Source: a virus. From it: a stretch of DNA of 64,000 nucleotides. Of the stretch, positions 1 to 8,637 are shown one piece after another. Location: positions 23,711 to 87,710 of the IMG/VR virus record IMGVR_UViG_3300025093_000015; one strand, 5' to 3'. Made by a program: the position numbers and the translations under genes. The notes under the pieces are model-generated. The model was not told the DNA's origin. It was given only the letters and a program-made list of their open reading frames with translations, and made no database searches. Position 1 is the stretch's first letter. Each line of letters begins with the position of its first letter.

Positions 1-310
1 GATTAATCTCAAGATCTGCAGCAATATTAAATAGTTTATGATTACTAAACCTATCTCTCATTGTTATATGTCCAAAAGACACATGCAACAATTCATGTTT
101 TAATAATCCTATTCTTTGTTTCTCATTAAGATCAGCAAAGAAACCTGGGTTAATAGATAGTTGAACACCTATACCATTTTTACTCACACCTGCAGTAGGT
201 ATGTCTTTACGCATTTGTTTGTTTAATCCAATCAAAAAGAGCCCGTAATAGGGCTCATCTAAGATTAAGGATTTACTTGCTCTAGCAAGAATATCTGATA
301 TATTTACCAT
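1..310 (-). CDS. DUF2201-like metallopeptidase (N-terminal part; runs off the left edge)
   Basis: Not in the ORF track. Manual translation from ATG at 310: MVNISDILARASKSLILDEPYYGLFL...IPTAGV...LSINPGFF...GLLKHELLHVSFGH...LFNIAADLEIN. The HExxH motif plus NIAADLEIN is typical of DUF2201/vWA-associated peptidases. Confidence 0.8.
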   Translation of the reverse strand, partial: MVNISDILARASKSLILDEPYYGLFLIGLNKQMRKDIPTAGVSKNGIGVQLSINPGFFADLNEKQRIGLLKHELLHVSFGHITMRDRFSNHKLFNIAADLEIN

Positions 311-702
311 GCTAATTCCAAATTAATTTTTTTTACAAAATTCTTACTACTCATGCTACCTAGGTATAACATAGTTATTTCATATTCTACTATTCTTTTC
401 TCTATATTGCTAATAGATTCTTTTCTAAGAATTTGAAATAAATCACTCCAAGGTTTACACTTGTCTCTAAGATCAGTTGTTCTTTCCATGATTTCTTCTT
501 CTGTATTCCAATTTTCTGCATTGACAAAAGATCTTATAAAATTAAATCTATCACTACTATCTAATGATTTAGCTATTGCTATTATTACAGCATCAGATAC
601 TTTTAAGCTTATAAGATTAGATATACCAATTTGCATATCTTCATCAGAACCTTTTATTAATCTTTTATTTTGTAAATATAATTCTAAAGTTAATTCAATC
701 AT
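304..702 (-). CDS. hypothetical protein
   Basis: 132-aa ORF tightly coupled to its neighbours in the minus-strand operon. Confidence 0.7.
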   Translation of the reverse strand: MIELTLELYLQNKRLIKGSDEDMQIGISNLISLKVSDAVIIAIAKSLDSSDRFNFIRSFVNAENWNTEEEIMERTTDLRDKCKPWSDLFQILRKESISNIEKRIVEYEITMLYLGSMSSKNFVKKINLELAW

Positions 703-1042
703 TTATTTTCATTGTTTTTAAGGCCCATATAGGCGTTTTTTTACTATTAAGAATGTCTAACCATTCCTTTGCGGTAGGAATATAATTATTACAGTCCTCC
801 CTTACATGCTGCTCTGCAACATATCTAGTATATACAGTTTTACCATCTGAATTTTTAAATGATTTACCAAATCTATCTTCACAAGCAAAGATACCTTCAC
901 TGTGATGTCTAAACATTCTGTGCATAGAAGAACCTAACCAACTTTTAGTTTCATCCATCCAATCATGGATGTGAATATAATCTTCAGGTTTACCTCCAAA
1001 CTTTCTTGCAGAAGATTTAGAATGCAGTAATGGATGAGCCAT
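695..1042 (-). CDS. DUF6915-like His-rich protein
   Basis: MAHPLLHSKSSARKFGGKPEDY..IHDWMD..HRMFRHH.EG..AEQHVRED pattern. Confidence 0.7.
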   Translation of the reverse strand: MAHPLLHSKSSARKFGGKPEDYIHIHDWMDETKSWLGSSMHRMFRHHSEGIFACEDRFGKSFKNSDGKTVYTRYVAEQHVREDCNNYIPTAKEWLDILNSKKTPIWALKTMKIND

Positions 1043-1422
1043 TATGCTAAAGCTTCAGTAATAGGATTATCATCTACAGAATATTCATAGTTTTCAGTAT
1101 GTCTTTGAGTGTGATGAATAGTTAATTCTCCTGTATCAACATTAATTTCTAAACTTCCATAACCACCATCATTATTAACCCAGTCCCACTCAACATTTCT
1201 ACTTATAAAATGATAAAGTGCTTCTTCAAACATACCAAGAAAATCATCAGGAACAATATCTTTGTCCCATTTTTCTTTACCTTTTTCATCTAATATATAT
1301 GCATCAGTGCTATCAATACAACCATCATCACCACCCCCACTATAATGTATCTGAACTCTTACTATTCCTAGATCTTTTAGTTCTCTTAATTTTAGTTTTT
1401 GTTTTATTGTTAGATTTTCCAT
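1042..1422 (-). CDS. DUF6878-like protein
   Basis: YSGGGDDG and W.NNDGGYG motifs; adjacent to the DUF6915-like gene. Confidence 0.65.
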   Translation of the reverse strand: MENLTIKQKLKLRELKDLGIVRVQIHYSGGGDDGCIDSTDAYILDEKGKEKWDKDIVPDDFLGMFEEALYHFISRNVEWDWVNNDGGYGSLEINVDTGELTIHHTQRHTENYEYSVDDNPITEALA

Positions 1423-1786
1423 TTTTAATTATTTTAATTTCAACACCTGGATTTTCTTTATCATACACATACTCTTCAAAATGTGGTAACATAAATGTCA
1501 TGTTATCATCTTCAATCCACCCATGTTTTACCATGTCATCTTGAACTGTTTGTGCAGGATTTATATAATCAAACTTGTGCCGTGTACCTCTATAAAATTT
1601 AAATGATATTGTAACAGGAAGATCATGCTTTGCTAACTCTTTTGCAAAAGAAGCTGCATGCTTCTGATAATGTTTAGTAGTGTCCTTTCTATACTTCATA
1701 ACAGTTTTACTTGATATAAAATATTTACCAGTCCACCTTCTACCATTCTTACTTGAGGGTACATTCCCCGGTATAAACCATTTCAT
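1340..1786 (-). CDS. RusA-like Holliday junction resolvase
   Basis: IPGNVPSSKN N-terminus, D..N....DDM..GWIEDDN acidic motif and P.VEI end. Confidence 0.7.
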   Translation of the reverse strand: MKWFIPGNVPSSKNGRRWTGKYFISSKTVMKYRKDTTKHYQKHAASFAKELAKHDLPVTISFKFYRGTRHKFDYINPAQTVQDDMVKHGWIEDDNMTFMLPHFEEYVYDKENPGVEIKIIKNGKSNNKTKTKIKRTKRSRNSKSSDTL

Positions 1787-2760
1787 TGTCTTAAGTTTTT
1801 AATTAATAAAGGTTTGAGCATGCTATGCACTGCATCAAAACCATGTTCTTTAACAGCATCTGATAAATCTTTACAACTATCTAATGCAAAGCCGTTGATC
1901 TGATATAGTTCTTTATATCTATCTATGGCCTTACTACCTGCTGTATCATTATCAAACAAAGTTATAACTTTTTTATACTTATCCTTAAGATTTTGAATTA
2001 TATAGGGTTTAATTACTGTATTCTCTGAGTCAGGAGCAATAACCTCAAGGTTATAACCAAACTGACTAAGACACATTGCGTCTTTCAAAGAAGAACATAT
2101 AACCAAATAAGGTTGATTATATTCTAACTGATCAAAGCCTTGCAGATGTGCATTGATCTTTATGAATTTATATTTTTTTTGTGACGGTTGGTATATTTTA
2201 TAAACTTTACCATCCTTGTCAAAGTAACCATATAATTTTGGATACTCCATCCTAATAGTTTTTACACCATCAGGATCATCTTTTGACATAGTATAATATT
2301 CAAGAGGTTTTACATTATATTTCTCTAATGTTGACTTGCCAATATTAAATTGTAACCAGTACTGCTGATCCAATCTATTCCATGGCCGTTCACTGCAATA
2401 ATCAACCTTATATCTAGGATGATCCTTAACCTCTATGTTATACTTACCTTTTTCTAATGCAAACTTATTGTAATCATTAATCATTTTGAATACAGCCTTT
2501 GAGTAGTCTATACTAAAAAGCTCTTTAATCAGATCAATTTTGTTACCATAGTTTCCTGTTGAGAAATCCTTAAATTTATACTGCCTTGTATTCTTATCAA
2601 CAAAGACCCACATGCTTGGTGTTCTTTCACCCGGATTAAATATAGAATGTATTCTAACATTTTGTCCAGTTAAACTTTCTGGTAAATCCAAATAGTATTG
2701 AAACACCCAAGCACTTGGAACTTTGCTTTCATCAGATACAAGATTCTTTGTACTTATCAT
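1783..2760 (-). CDS. DNA primase (Toprim)
   Basis: ERTPSM and FKDFSTG N-terminal domain; SLKDAM, FDNDTAG and KDLSD Toprim motifs. Start moved to ATG 2760 (MISTKNL) because the upstream bases form an RNA structure. Confidence 0.85.
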   Translation of the reverse strand: MISTKNLVSDESKVPSAWVFQYYLDLPESLTGQNVRIHSIFNPGERTPSMWVFVDKNTRQYKFKDFSTGNYGNKIDLIKELFSIDYSKAVFKMINDYNKFALEKGKYNIEVKDHPRYKVDYCSERPWNRLDQQYWLQFNIGKSTLEKYNVKPLEYYTMSKDDPDGVKTIRMEYPKLYGYFDKDGKVYKIYQPSQKKYKFIKINAHLQGFDQLEYNQPYLVICSSLKDAMCLSQFGYNLEVIAPDSENTVIKPYIIQNLKDKYKKVITLFDNDTAGSKAIDRYKELYQINGFALDSCKDLSDAVKEHGFDAVHSMLKPLLIKNLRQ

Positions 2761-2769
2761 AATAATATT

Positions 2770-2853
2770 GGGGCTGAGGGTTGGATAACGCAAGTGTTTT
2801 CTCCTCAATTAAGCTGGTATTACCACGTCTGGATTTACACCATTCAACACCCC
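2770..2853 (-). ncRNA. candidate structured cis-regulatory RNA in the primase leader
   Basis: GC-rich intergenic segment: GGGG...CCCC closing stem, UGG-UGUAAAU-CCA and UGG-UAAUA-CCA hairpins, UGAGG/CCUCA stem. Confidence 0.45.
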
Positions 2854-2862
2854 TTTTATTAT

Positions 2863-3564
2863 TTACAGTTCAAAGTCAGATCCACTACCTGATGTTCCTT
2901 CAAATGAAGAATCAGCAGCTGGTGTCTCTTTCCTTACAATCTCTCTAAGATGTGTAGACTTATCATATGTCATAAGTCTAGACTTAGTAGTATCAATATC
3001 TATAGCTTCTACAGGAACTCCATCTTTAGATGGTCTAGGTAAATAAAGATCATCATTAACATAACCTTCTTTATTTTCCCATTGTCTTGAACCTATACAA
3101 GCATTAAAGAAATCACTATTAGCAAACAACGCTGATGCTTTTGTCATAAAAGCTTCTATTGTGTCTGCCTCAATAGCATCTAGTTCATCTCTTTTACCTA
3201 ATTGCTCAGATAAAAAAATCATAGACTTCAATACTTCTTGATCTCTAGATACTTCACGTCCACTTGGAAGTGTTGCATCTTTATATGGATAAGGAGTCAT
3301 TCTAACTCTACCCACTTGACCTTCATATCTACCTTTAGATTGATCATTCATATCTCTATAGAAACCTTCAAAGTCTCCCTTAACTGGTTCTGTCTCTACA
3401 TGTAGAGTAATATTGTACGCTTCAGAGTCATATGGTGTTTTATCAAATGTAACAGAATTAATTCTAACAACTTGATTACCTGGACTCATTACTGGTTTTG
3501 GTCTGCTTGATCCAGCAGACATGTCTTTTGTATTAAACATAACTTTACTTTTTACTTCATTCAT
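2863..3564 (-). CDS. putative single-stranded DNA-binding protein
   Basis: Lies between the AAA ATPase and primase; beta-rich N-terminus; acidic/aromatic C-terminal tail (SGSDFEL). Confidence 0.45.
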   Translation of the reverse strand: MNEVKSKVMFNTKDMSAGSSRPKPVMSPGNQVVRINSVTFDKTPYDSEAYNITLHVETEPVKGDFEGFYRDMNDQSKGRYEGQVGRVRMTPYPYKDATLPSGREVSRDQEVLKSMIFLSEQLGKRDELDAIEADTIEAFMTKASALFANSDFFNACIGSRQWENKEGYVNDDLYLPRPSKDGVPVEAIDIDTTKSRLMTYDKSTHLREIVRKETPAADSSFEGTSGSGSDFEL

Positions 3565-3569
3565 AATAA

Positions 3570-4250
3570 TTAATTTTCATAAGTTGTAATACAATCCTTT
3601 ACGAATTGTAAATCATTAGGTATAAAGGAATCTTCAAACATTCCCATTGGAGATTTACATGTGTTTTCTCCATTATTTTGTGTATCAAACCCATATTCTA
3701 ATGAGTCTTCATTCTTCTTAACTCTACCAAATAATACAATAGAGAAAAGACCTTCCAAAGTTAAAGTATTATCTATCATCTTACCAATAGTTTTAGCTTT
3801 AACTTTTCTGTGTCCGTTAATATCAGTTGAATCTTCTGAATGAGTTAAGAAAAAGATAGTTAAGTCTTCTCTCATGTCTTTAGGCATCTTAGCAACTTGT
3901 GCTAAATTTGCTGCAATTTGAGTAAACTTATCATAACCTTTCTCACTAGCTCTATCAAAGTATTCAAAGCTGGACATATACTGCCAATCATCAATAACTA
4001 ATGTTTTGATGTGTGGCATCTTATCATTGACATGCATCATAGCCTTAACTATACCATTAGCAGATGAAGCTGAAGTCATATTACCCTTTGGATTTTCTTT
4101 ACTAATATTTACGTAATTCTTCTTCCAACCTTTAAATGGTAACGGCTTGTTAGCAATGTTGATGATAAATGTTTCTTTAGGATCTAATGTCCTAATAGAT
4201 GTGGACTTACCTGTCCCTGAGTCTGCAATGACTAATACACTTTGTGCCAT
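3570..4250 (-). CDS. AAA_24/Sak4-like P-loop ATPase
   Basis: Walker A ADSGTGKST, Walker B LVIDD, FLTH, and KSPMGMF..IPND tail. Confidence 0.8.
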   Translation of the reverse strand: MAQSVLVIADSGTGKSTSIRTLDPKETFIINIANKPLPFKGWKKNYVNISKENPKGNMTSASSANGIVKAMMHVNDKMPHIKTLVIDDWQYMSSFEYFDRASEKGYDKFTQIAANLAQVAKMPKDMREDLTIFFLTHSEDSTDINGHRKVKAKTIGKMIDNTLTLEGLFSIVLFGRVKKNEDSLEYGFDTQNNGENTCKSPMGMFEDSFIPNDLQFVKDCITTYEN

Positions 4251-4252
4251 AC

Positions 4253-4783
4253 TTATTTATTTAATTTATTACTTATACTTAATAATGCTCTCTCAATACC
4301 TTTTAGTACATCTAGCATATCTCTACCAGTCTCTGGGTCTGGTAATTTAATTTTGTCAAAGTCTTCTTTAATGTCTTTAGTAGTAAACTTTTGTCCTCTA
4401 CTAGTTACATCATTCATAGGCTTTAACTCTGAAACAGGTATTAGATGTCTTTCAAATCCTGAGTTACTTGTAATTAGTTCATACTCTTCTTTCCAATGTG
4501 GATTATGTTTAACTAAATACAATGTTCTCTTTGGATCTTCAGACTCATATTGTATACTTACAAACTCTGTGTAAATATCTTTACCTTTTTCTAATTCACT
4601 AGGAAAAAATGATACATATAGTTCATCTTTACCAGTGGGTCTATAGGCCATCTTAGGAATATATAAAGCATGCTTTTCTCCAACACTATCAAAGTATGGT
4701 TGATGCTCTTCCCTAAGCTTGGAAACTTTCTGTTTACGTTCAGCTGGAGTCATAATATTATCTTTTAATTTTGTGCTTATCAT
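4253..4783 (-). CDS. hypothetical protein
   Basis: 176-aa ORF within the replication operon. Confidence 0.7.
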   Translation of the reverse strand: MISTKLKDNIMTPAERKQKVSKLREEHQPYFDSVGEKHALYIPKMAYRPTGKDELYVSFFPSELEKGKDIYTEFVSIQYESEDPKRTLYLVKHNPHWKEEYELITSNSGFERHLIPVSELKPMNDVTSRGQKFTTKDIKEDFDKIKLPDPETGRDMLDVLKGIERALLSISNKLNK

Positions 4784-4785
4784 AA

Positions 4786-5733
4786 TTATCTTCTTTCTTG
4801 CTGAGGTGGAGTATCCATCTCTGCTATTTGCATTCTCTCAAACTGAGCTTTGAAAAAACTCATTCTTGTGTCACCATTTCTGGCTTTTAGAAAATGTAAA
4901 ACTAGTGTTTTATCATCTTGTATAATATATCTATCAGGGCCATAGAATCTAATCTTTTGTTTTGCAGGACGGTTAATACCAATCAAGGTATCAGCATGTT
5001 GTAACATTGCATCTGAACCAAATATATCTGATTCAAGAACATAGTTACCATACTTACCATCTACTGCTCTATCCGGATTATCTATGTTTCTGTTTAACTG
5101 TGACAGTGCTATAAACATACAAGGATATTCACGTTTAACTTGTGTAAAAAACTCACCCAGCTCAAATAACATATCTAATCTGTTATTTTGATATGGTGCT
5201 CTTTTTACTAGTATAGTGTGATCTAAAGTTATAATAGTCTTTTGACCTTGATGTTCATTCATATACATGTCTATTTGTTCACGCATTTGATTTACAGTCA
5301 TAGGTGTAGATATAATATCCACTGGACTTTTAACTCTATCTTTTGCATACGAGTGACATTTATCAAATGTATCTTTAGTTAAAGTATGACCAGCACTACA
5401 TAACTCTTTATATGTTTTACCGGTTATTGAACTAAACTCTCTTAATGCTGAGGTTCTACCTACCATCTCAAATTGAAACTCAAGAACTCTGTAGTTTTCT
5501 TCAGGATTAAGAACAAATGATTCTCTAATTATTTGATCTTTAATTAATGTCTTACCTGACCCTGGTCTACCGCCTATAACAGTAAGAGTATTCCACTCTA
5601 ATCCATCTGTTACAGCATCATTAAACTTAGGCCATGGTGTTTGTATAGACTTCTCCTTACCGGATTGTCTGTCAAGCATATATTTAAGTGCTTCATTAAA
5701 TGATTGATATTGTCCATGCCATGCTTCTTTCAT
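4786..5733 (-). CDS. dnaB: DnaB-like replicative helicase (ATPase domain only)
   Basis: GGRPGSGKT, FEM, ITLDH, LSQLNR, SD...QHAD and KARNG motifs. Confidence 0.9.
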   Translation of the reverse strand: MKEAWHGQYQSFNEALKYMLDRQSGKEKSIQTPWPKFNDAVTDGLEWNTLTVIGGRPGSGKTLIKDQIIRESFVLNPEENYRVLEFQFEMVGRTSALREFSSITGKTYKELCSAGHTLTKDTFDKCHSYAKDRVKSPVDIISTPMTVNQMREQIDMYMNEHQGQKTIITLDHTILVKRAPYQNNRLDMLFELGEFFTQVKREYPCMFIALSQLNRNIDNPDRAVDGKYGNYVLESDIFGSDAMLQHADTLIGINRPAKQKIRFYGPDRYIIQDDKTLVLHFLKARNGDTRMSFFKAQFERMQIAEMDTPPQQERR

Positions 5734-6314
5734 ACTACTTTCTCTTTAAAGTGGTTATCTTCAGGCTCTACTCCATCTCTAATCATATCACAATAATCTG
5801 CAAGGTCAGATGTTCTGACTTTAGATTTATCTTGTTTACTAATAAAGTACTGACTTGTTTTCATATACATATAATCATTGTCTCTGTATGCATTAACATA
5901 CATGCTTGTTGCATCTATAACTTCATCCCAACTAAAATCATAGTTTTCAAAGAACCATCTAAATGAATTTTCTAATGTTTTTACATTTACACGTGCAGGT
6001 TTACCACTTGGTAGCTTACCTGCAGGAAATATATCTCTATATTCATTGATTCTTTTCAAGAACTCTTTACCCATAAGCTGAATACTAGTTCTTTTTTTAG
6101 CTTTAATAAAGTAATTTTCAAATCTTGCTATTACTTTATTAGCTTTTATAGATAATGAACCATCCTGTTCAATGAAACCTAATGACTTAAGTTGTTGAAC
6201 ATCTGATTTACTATCAGGCAAGGGTAATGACAGACTCTTCTTTATTCCGTAAAGAATCAAGAATTGATTGGGTGTCATTTTCTCCTTCAGTATTTGTTGA
6301 AATAATTCCCACAT
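5730..6314 (-). CDS. hypothetical protein, possible helicase loader/initiator
   Basis: Overlaps the dnaB start (ATGA coupling); wHTH-like N-terminus. Function inferred from position. Confidence 0.6.
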   Translation of the reverse strand: MWELFQQILKEKMTPNQFLILYGIKKSLSLPLPDSKSDVQQLKSLGFIEQDGSLSIKANKVIARFENYFIKAKKRTSIQLMGKEFLKRINEYRDIFPAGKLPSGKPARVNVKTLENSFRWFFENYDFSWDEVIDATSMYVNAYRDNDYMYMKTSQYFISKQDKSKVRTSDLADYCDMIRDGVEPEDNHFKEKVV

Positions 6315-6795
6315 AATCTTTAATGTTTTTTAATACAGCTTTATGTACTACCATATAATCCGTTTCATTAGTATCTATCATGTTTTGTACTGACTTTACT
6401 GAGTGTAACACAGTAGCATGATCTCTATTTATAAACTGTCCTATTCTAGTAGTAGTAAATCCAAGATTCCTTGCTATATATGTGTAACATTGTACCCATA
6501 TTAAAACATTTCTTCTTCTAGATTTAATGATCATGGAGTCTACATAACTGAGTGAAGGATCTATTTCATGCATTGTATGTATTACAATTTCTTCAAGTTC
6601 CTTAAGTTTATTAGTTATGTTTATATTGGCTAATGCATCTATTTCATTTTTCCACATAGTGGTGTAATTCTTTACACTAGATGAGCCTAATTTTTCACTG
6701 ACAATTACTTGCAGTTTTTTTTTATATTTTAATTCAAAGTTATTTACAAACAACTGAATTTCTCTAGTCATTTGCTTATGTTCTTCTTCAAACAT
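6214..6795 (-). CDS. DnaA domain IV (Bac_DnaA_C) HTH protein
   Basis: KSRRR...YIARNLGFTTTRIGQFINRDHATVLHS matches the DnaA signature G..F..RDHTTV.HA. Confidence 0.75.
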   Translation of the reverse strand: MFEEEHKQMTREIQLFVNNFELKYKKKLQVIVSEKLGSSSVKNYTTMWKNEIDALANINITNKLKELEEIVIHTMHEIDPSLSYVDSMIIKSRRRNVLIWVQCYTYIARNLGFTTTRIGQFINRDHATVLHSVKSVQNMIDTNETDYMVVHKAVLKNIKDYVGIISTNTEGENDTQSILDSLRNKEESVITLA

Positions 6796-6816
6796 ATTTA
6801 TTGGTTTTAAAGTTTA

Positions 6817-6824
6817 CAAAGATA
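6817..6824 (-). promoter_or_regulatory. Bacteroidota -7 promoter element (TATCTTTG) for the replication operon
   Basis: Matches TAnnTTTG, 22 nt upstream of ATG 6795. Confidence 0.6.
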
Positions 6825-6836
6825 AGAAATTTTTGT

Positions 6837-6844
6837 TATATTTG
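6837..6844 (+). promoter_or_regulatory. Bacteroidota -7 promoter element (TATATTTG)
   Basis: Matches TAnnTTTG; upstream of the only plus-strand gene in the left arm. Confidence 0.6.
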
Positions 6845-6954
6845 CCACATGAACAACACGTTTCTCATACAAAATTTAATGGTTGCAATTAAAGAACCAA
6901 GTATAAAAAAACTAAGGATTAAAACTAATCCTGATTTATTAAAATTTTTAAATA

Positions 6955-7491
6955 ATGGCAAAGAAATTAACAAAAAAACAAATAGCTGAAAGATCTAATA
7001 AAGCTAAAGAAGCTATTAGAAATAACAAAGTTGTACAATTAGTACCTGATGCTATTACTCAGATACCTTTTACAACAGAATTTAGAACATATATAGAAGA
7101 AACTATAAATTATCTTTTTAGTTTGCATAGTGAAGATCATACAATAAAAGCATTACATCATATTAAAACAAACTTTGAACATATCAAAGAAGATGATCCT
7201 GTTGATCCATATATGAATTCATTATGGACATTAATGACAATTCAAACAGAAATGAATAGACAAGCTGTTGAACAAGGAAATGTCATTGTTACAGATGAAG
7301 ATGTAGATGAAGCTACTAAAAAGATGATTAAATCTTTAGAAACTTTTAATGAAGATGAATTAAAAGATATGTTTAAAGAGGTTAATGGTAATTATGAAAA
7401 TATGAGAAAAGAAGATGAAGCTAGAAGAGCTACAACAACTGATAATAATAGTGCATCAGCATATGACTCTCCACAATCTAACGAAGATTAG
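6955..7491 (+). CDS. hypothetical protein (isolated plus-strand gene)
   Basis: 178-aa ORF with phage-like codon usage, its own promoter, and no competing minus-strand ORF. Confidence 0.75.
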   Translation: MAKKLTKKQIAERSNKAKEAIRNNKVVQLVPDAITQIPFTTEFRTYIEETINYLFSLHSEDHTIKALHHIKTNFEHIKEDDPVDPYMNSLWTLMTIQTEMNRQAVEQGNVIVTDEDVDEATKKMIKSLETFNEDELKDMFKEVNGNYENMRKEDEARRATTTDNNSASAYDSPQSNED

Positions 7492-7861
7492 ATCCAACTT
7501 CATCACCTAATTCTATAATTTCTTGTATTACAGAGTTTAATTCCTCTTTACTACAATCTCCAAAAGATTTGCAGTACTCAGTTCCATTCTTATTGAAACA
7601 GAGTCCTGCTTTTCTTTTTACAAGTAATTTCATTTCACTAAAAGAATAACCAAGATCATTTGCAAGTTGTCTTATACTTACATGTATCTTAGCTATCTGT
7701 GCATTAGTGCCATTATCACCTGAGATGCTAATAAATATTTCTACTTTAGCTCCTTCAGGTAAATCTTCTACAAACTTATTGTATATTGTTTCTTGTGCTT
7801 TAACATTATATTCCAACTTACCATCACGTTTGGTTAGGTTGGCAAATAAATTTGCTTTCAT
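7478..7861 (-). CDS. NinB/YbcN-like (lambda Orf) recombination protein
   Basis: NAQIAKIH..IRQLA..G...MK....KSF...SKEEL...I pattern. Confidence 0.45.
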   Translation of the reverse strand: MKANLFANLTKRDGKLEYNVKAQETIYNKFVEDLPEGAKVEIFISISGDNGTNAQIAKIHVSIRQLANDLGYSFSEMKLLVKRKAGLCFNKNGTEYCKSFGDCSKEELNSVIQEIIELGDEVGSNLR

Positions 7862-8232
7862 GATACATCCATACAATTATCCCAATCAAACACACAATCT
7901 GGATAATGAATCTCATTAAACTGTCCCATTATATTATTAAGGATTGTTATAGAGTTATCTTGTGATATTGATTCAGGTAGTTTTTCTCCTATTCCTAATG
8001 ATCTTAAGACAGCATTAGCTTCTTCAACTCTACTAAGCTTACAATATCTTGTTGAATCATTATGTATATACATGCCATAAAACATGCCGCGGCCTTGTTC
8101 TACATAAGATACATTAATCTTTGTAGGAGCAAGCCTTGTTTTTCTATTTAATTTTCTTTCTATTTGAGTTGCTATGTAAAATCCAATAAGCATACCAGCA
8201 AGTATAGAAAAAAACCATATTGTTATTTCCAT
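7858..8232 (-). CDS. hypothetical membrane-anchored protein
   Basis: N-terminal hydrophobic helix ITIWFFSILAGMLIGFYIA. Confidence 0.65.
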   Translation of the reverse strand: MEITIWFFSILAGMLIGFYIATQIERKLNRKTRLAPTKINVSYVEQGRGMFYGMYIHNDSTRYCKLSRVEEANAVLRSLGIGEKLPESISQDNSITILNNIMGQFNEIHYPDCVFDWDNCMDVS

Positions 8233-8233
8233 A

Positions 8234-8470
8234 TTATTTAAATCTTAATGTATTAATATCAACAAGAACAAATTCTTGTCCACATTTAGTACAGTTAATA
8301 TCATCTGTTGCCATGTAGTTTAATGTTTTACTAGAACAGTTAGGACATAGTTGATCCATCTGCGCTGGAGTATTTTTTGTTTGGTTATAATACCATTCAA
8401 GATACTCCATAGCAGATTTATCAGTCCCAGACTGCATATATTCCATATGCACTTCTTTCATTCTACCCAT
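8234..8470 (-). CDS. small Zn-ribbon protein
   Basis: CPNC...CTKC. Confidence 0.65.
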   Translation of the reverse strand: MGRMKEVHMEYMQSGTDKSAMEYLEWYYNQTKNTPAQMDQLCPNCSSKTLNYMATDDINCTKCGQEFVLVDINTLRFK

Positions 8471-8473
8471 AAC

Positions 8474-8635
8474 TTAAGGCTTTTTATAGTATTCTATATA
8501 CAAAGAGTCTAAACTATAATAATAGTTTGCTTGCAGTATATCAATTTCTTTTTGAATTAGCAATTGACGTTGTGTTATATCTTGTGATACACCACACGAT
8601 GCTAAAAATAATACTAACATTATTAAATATTTCAT
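8474..8635 (-). CDS. small lipoprotein (53 aa)
   Basis: Not in the ORF track. MKYLIMLVLFLASCGVSQDITQRQLL...YYKKP; lipobox LASC; fills the intergenic gap exactly. Confidence 0.65.
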   Translation of the reverse strand: MKYLIMLVLFLASCGVSQDITQRQLLIQKEIDILQANYYYSLDSLYIEYYKKP

Positions 8636-8637
8636 AA

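Noticed and set aside
2746-4783. Identical N-terminal MISTK in primase and in the 4253-4783 product
   Set aside because: Five residues encoded by A-rich start-proximal codons; plausibly chance or translation-initiation bias.
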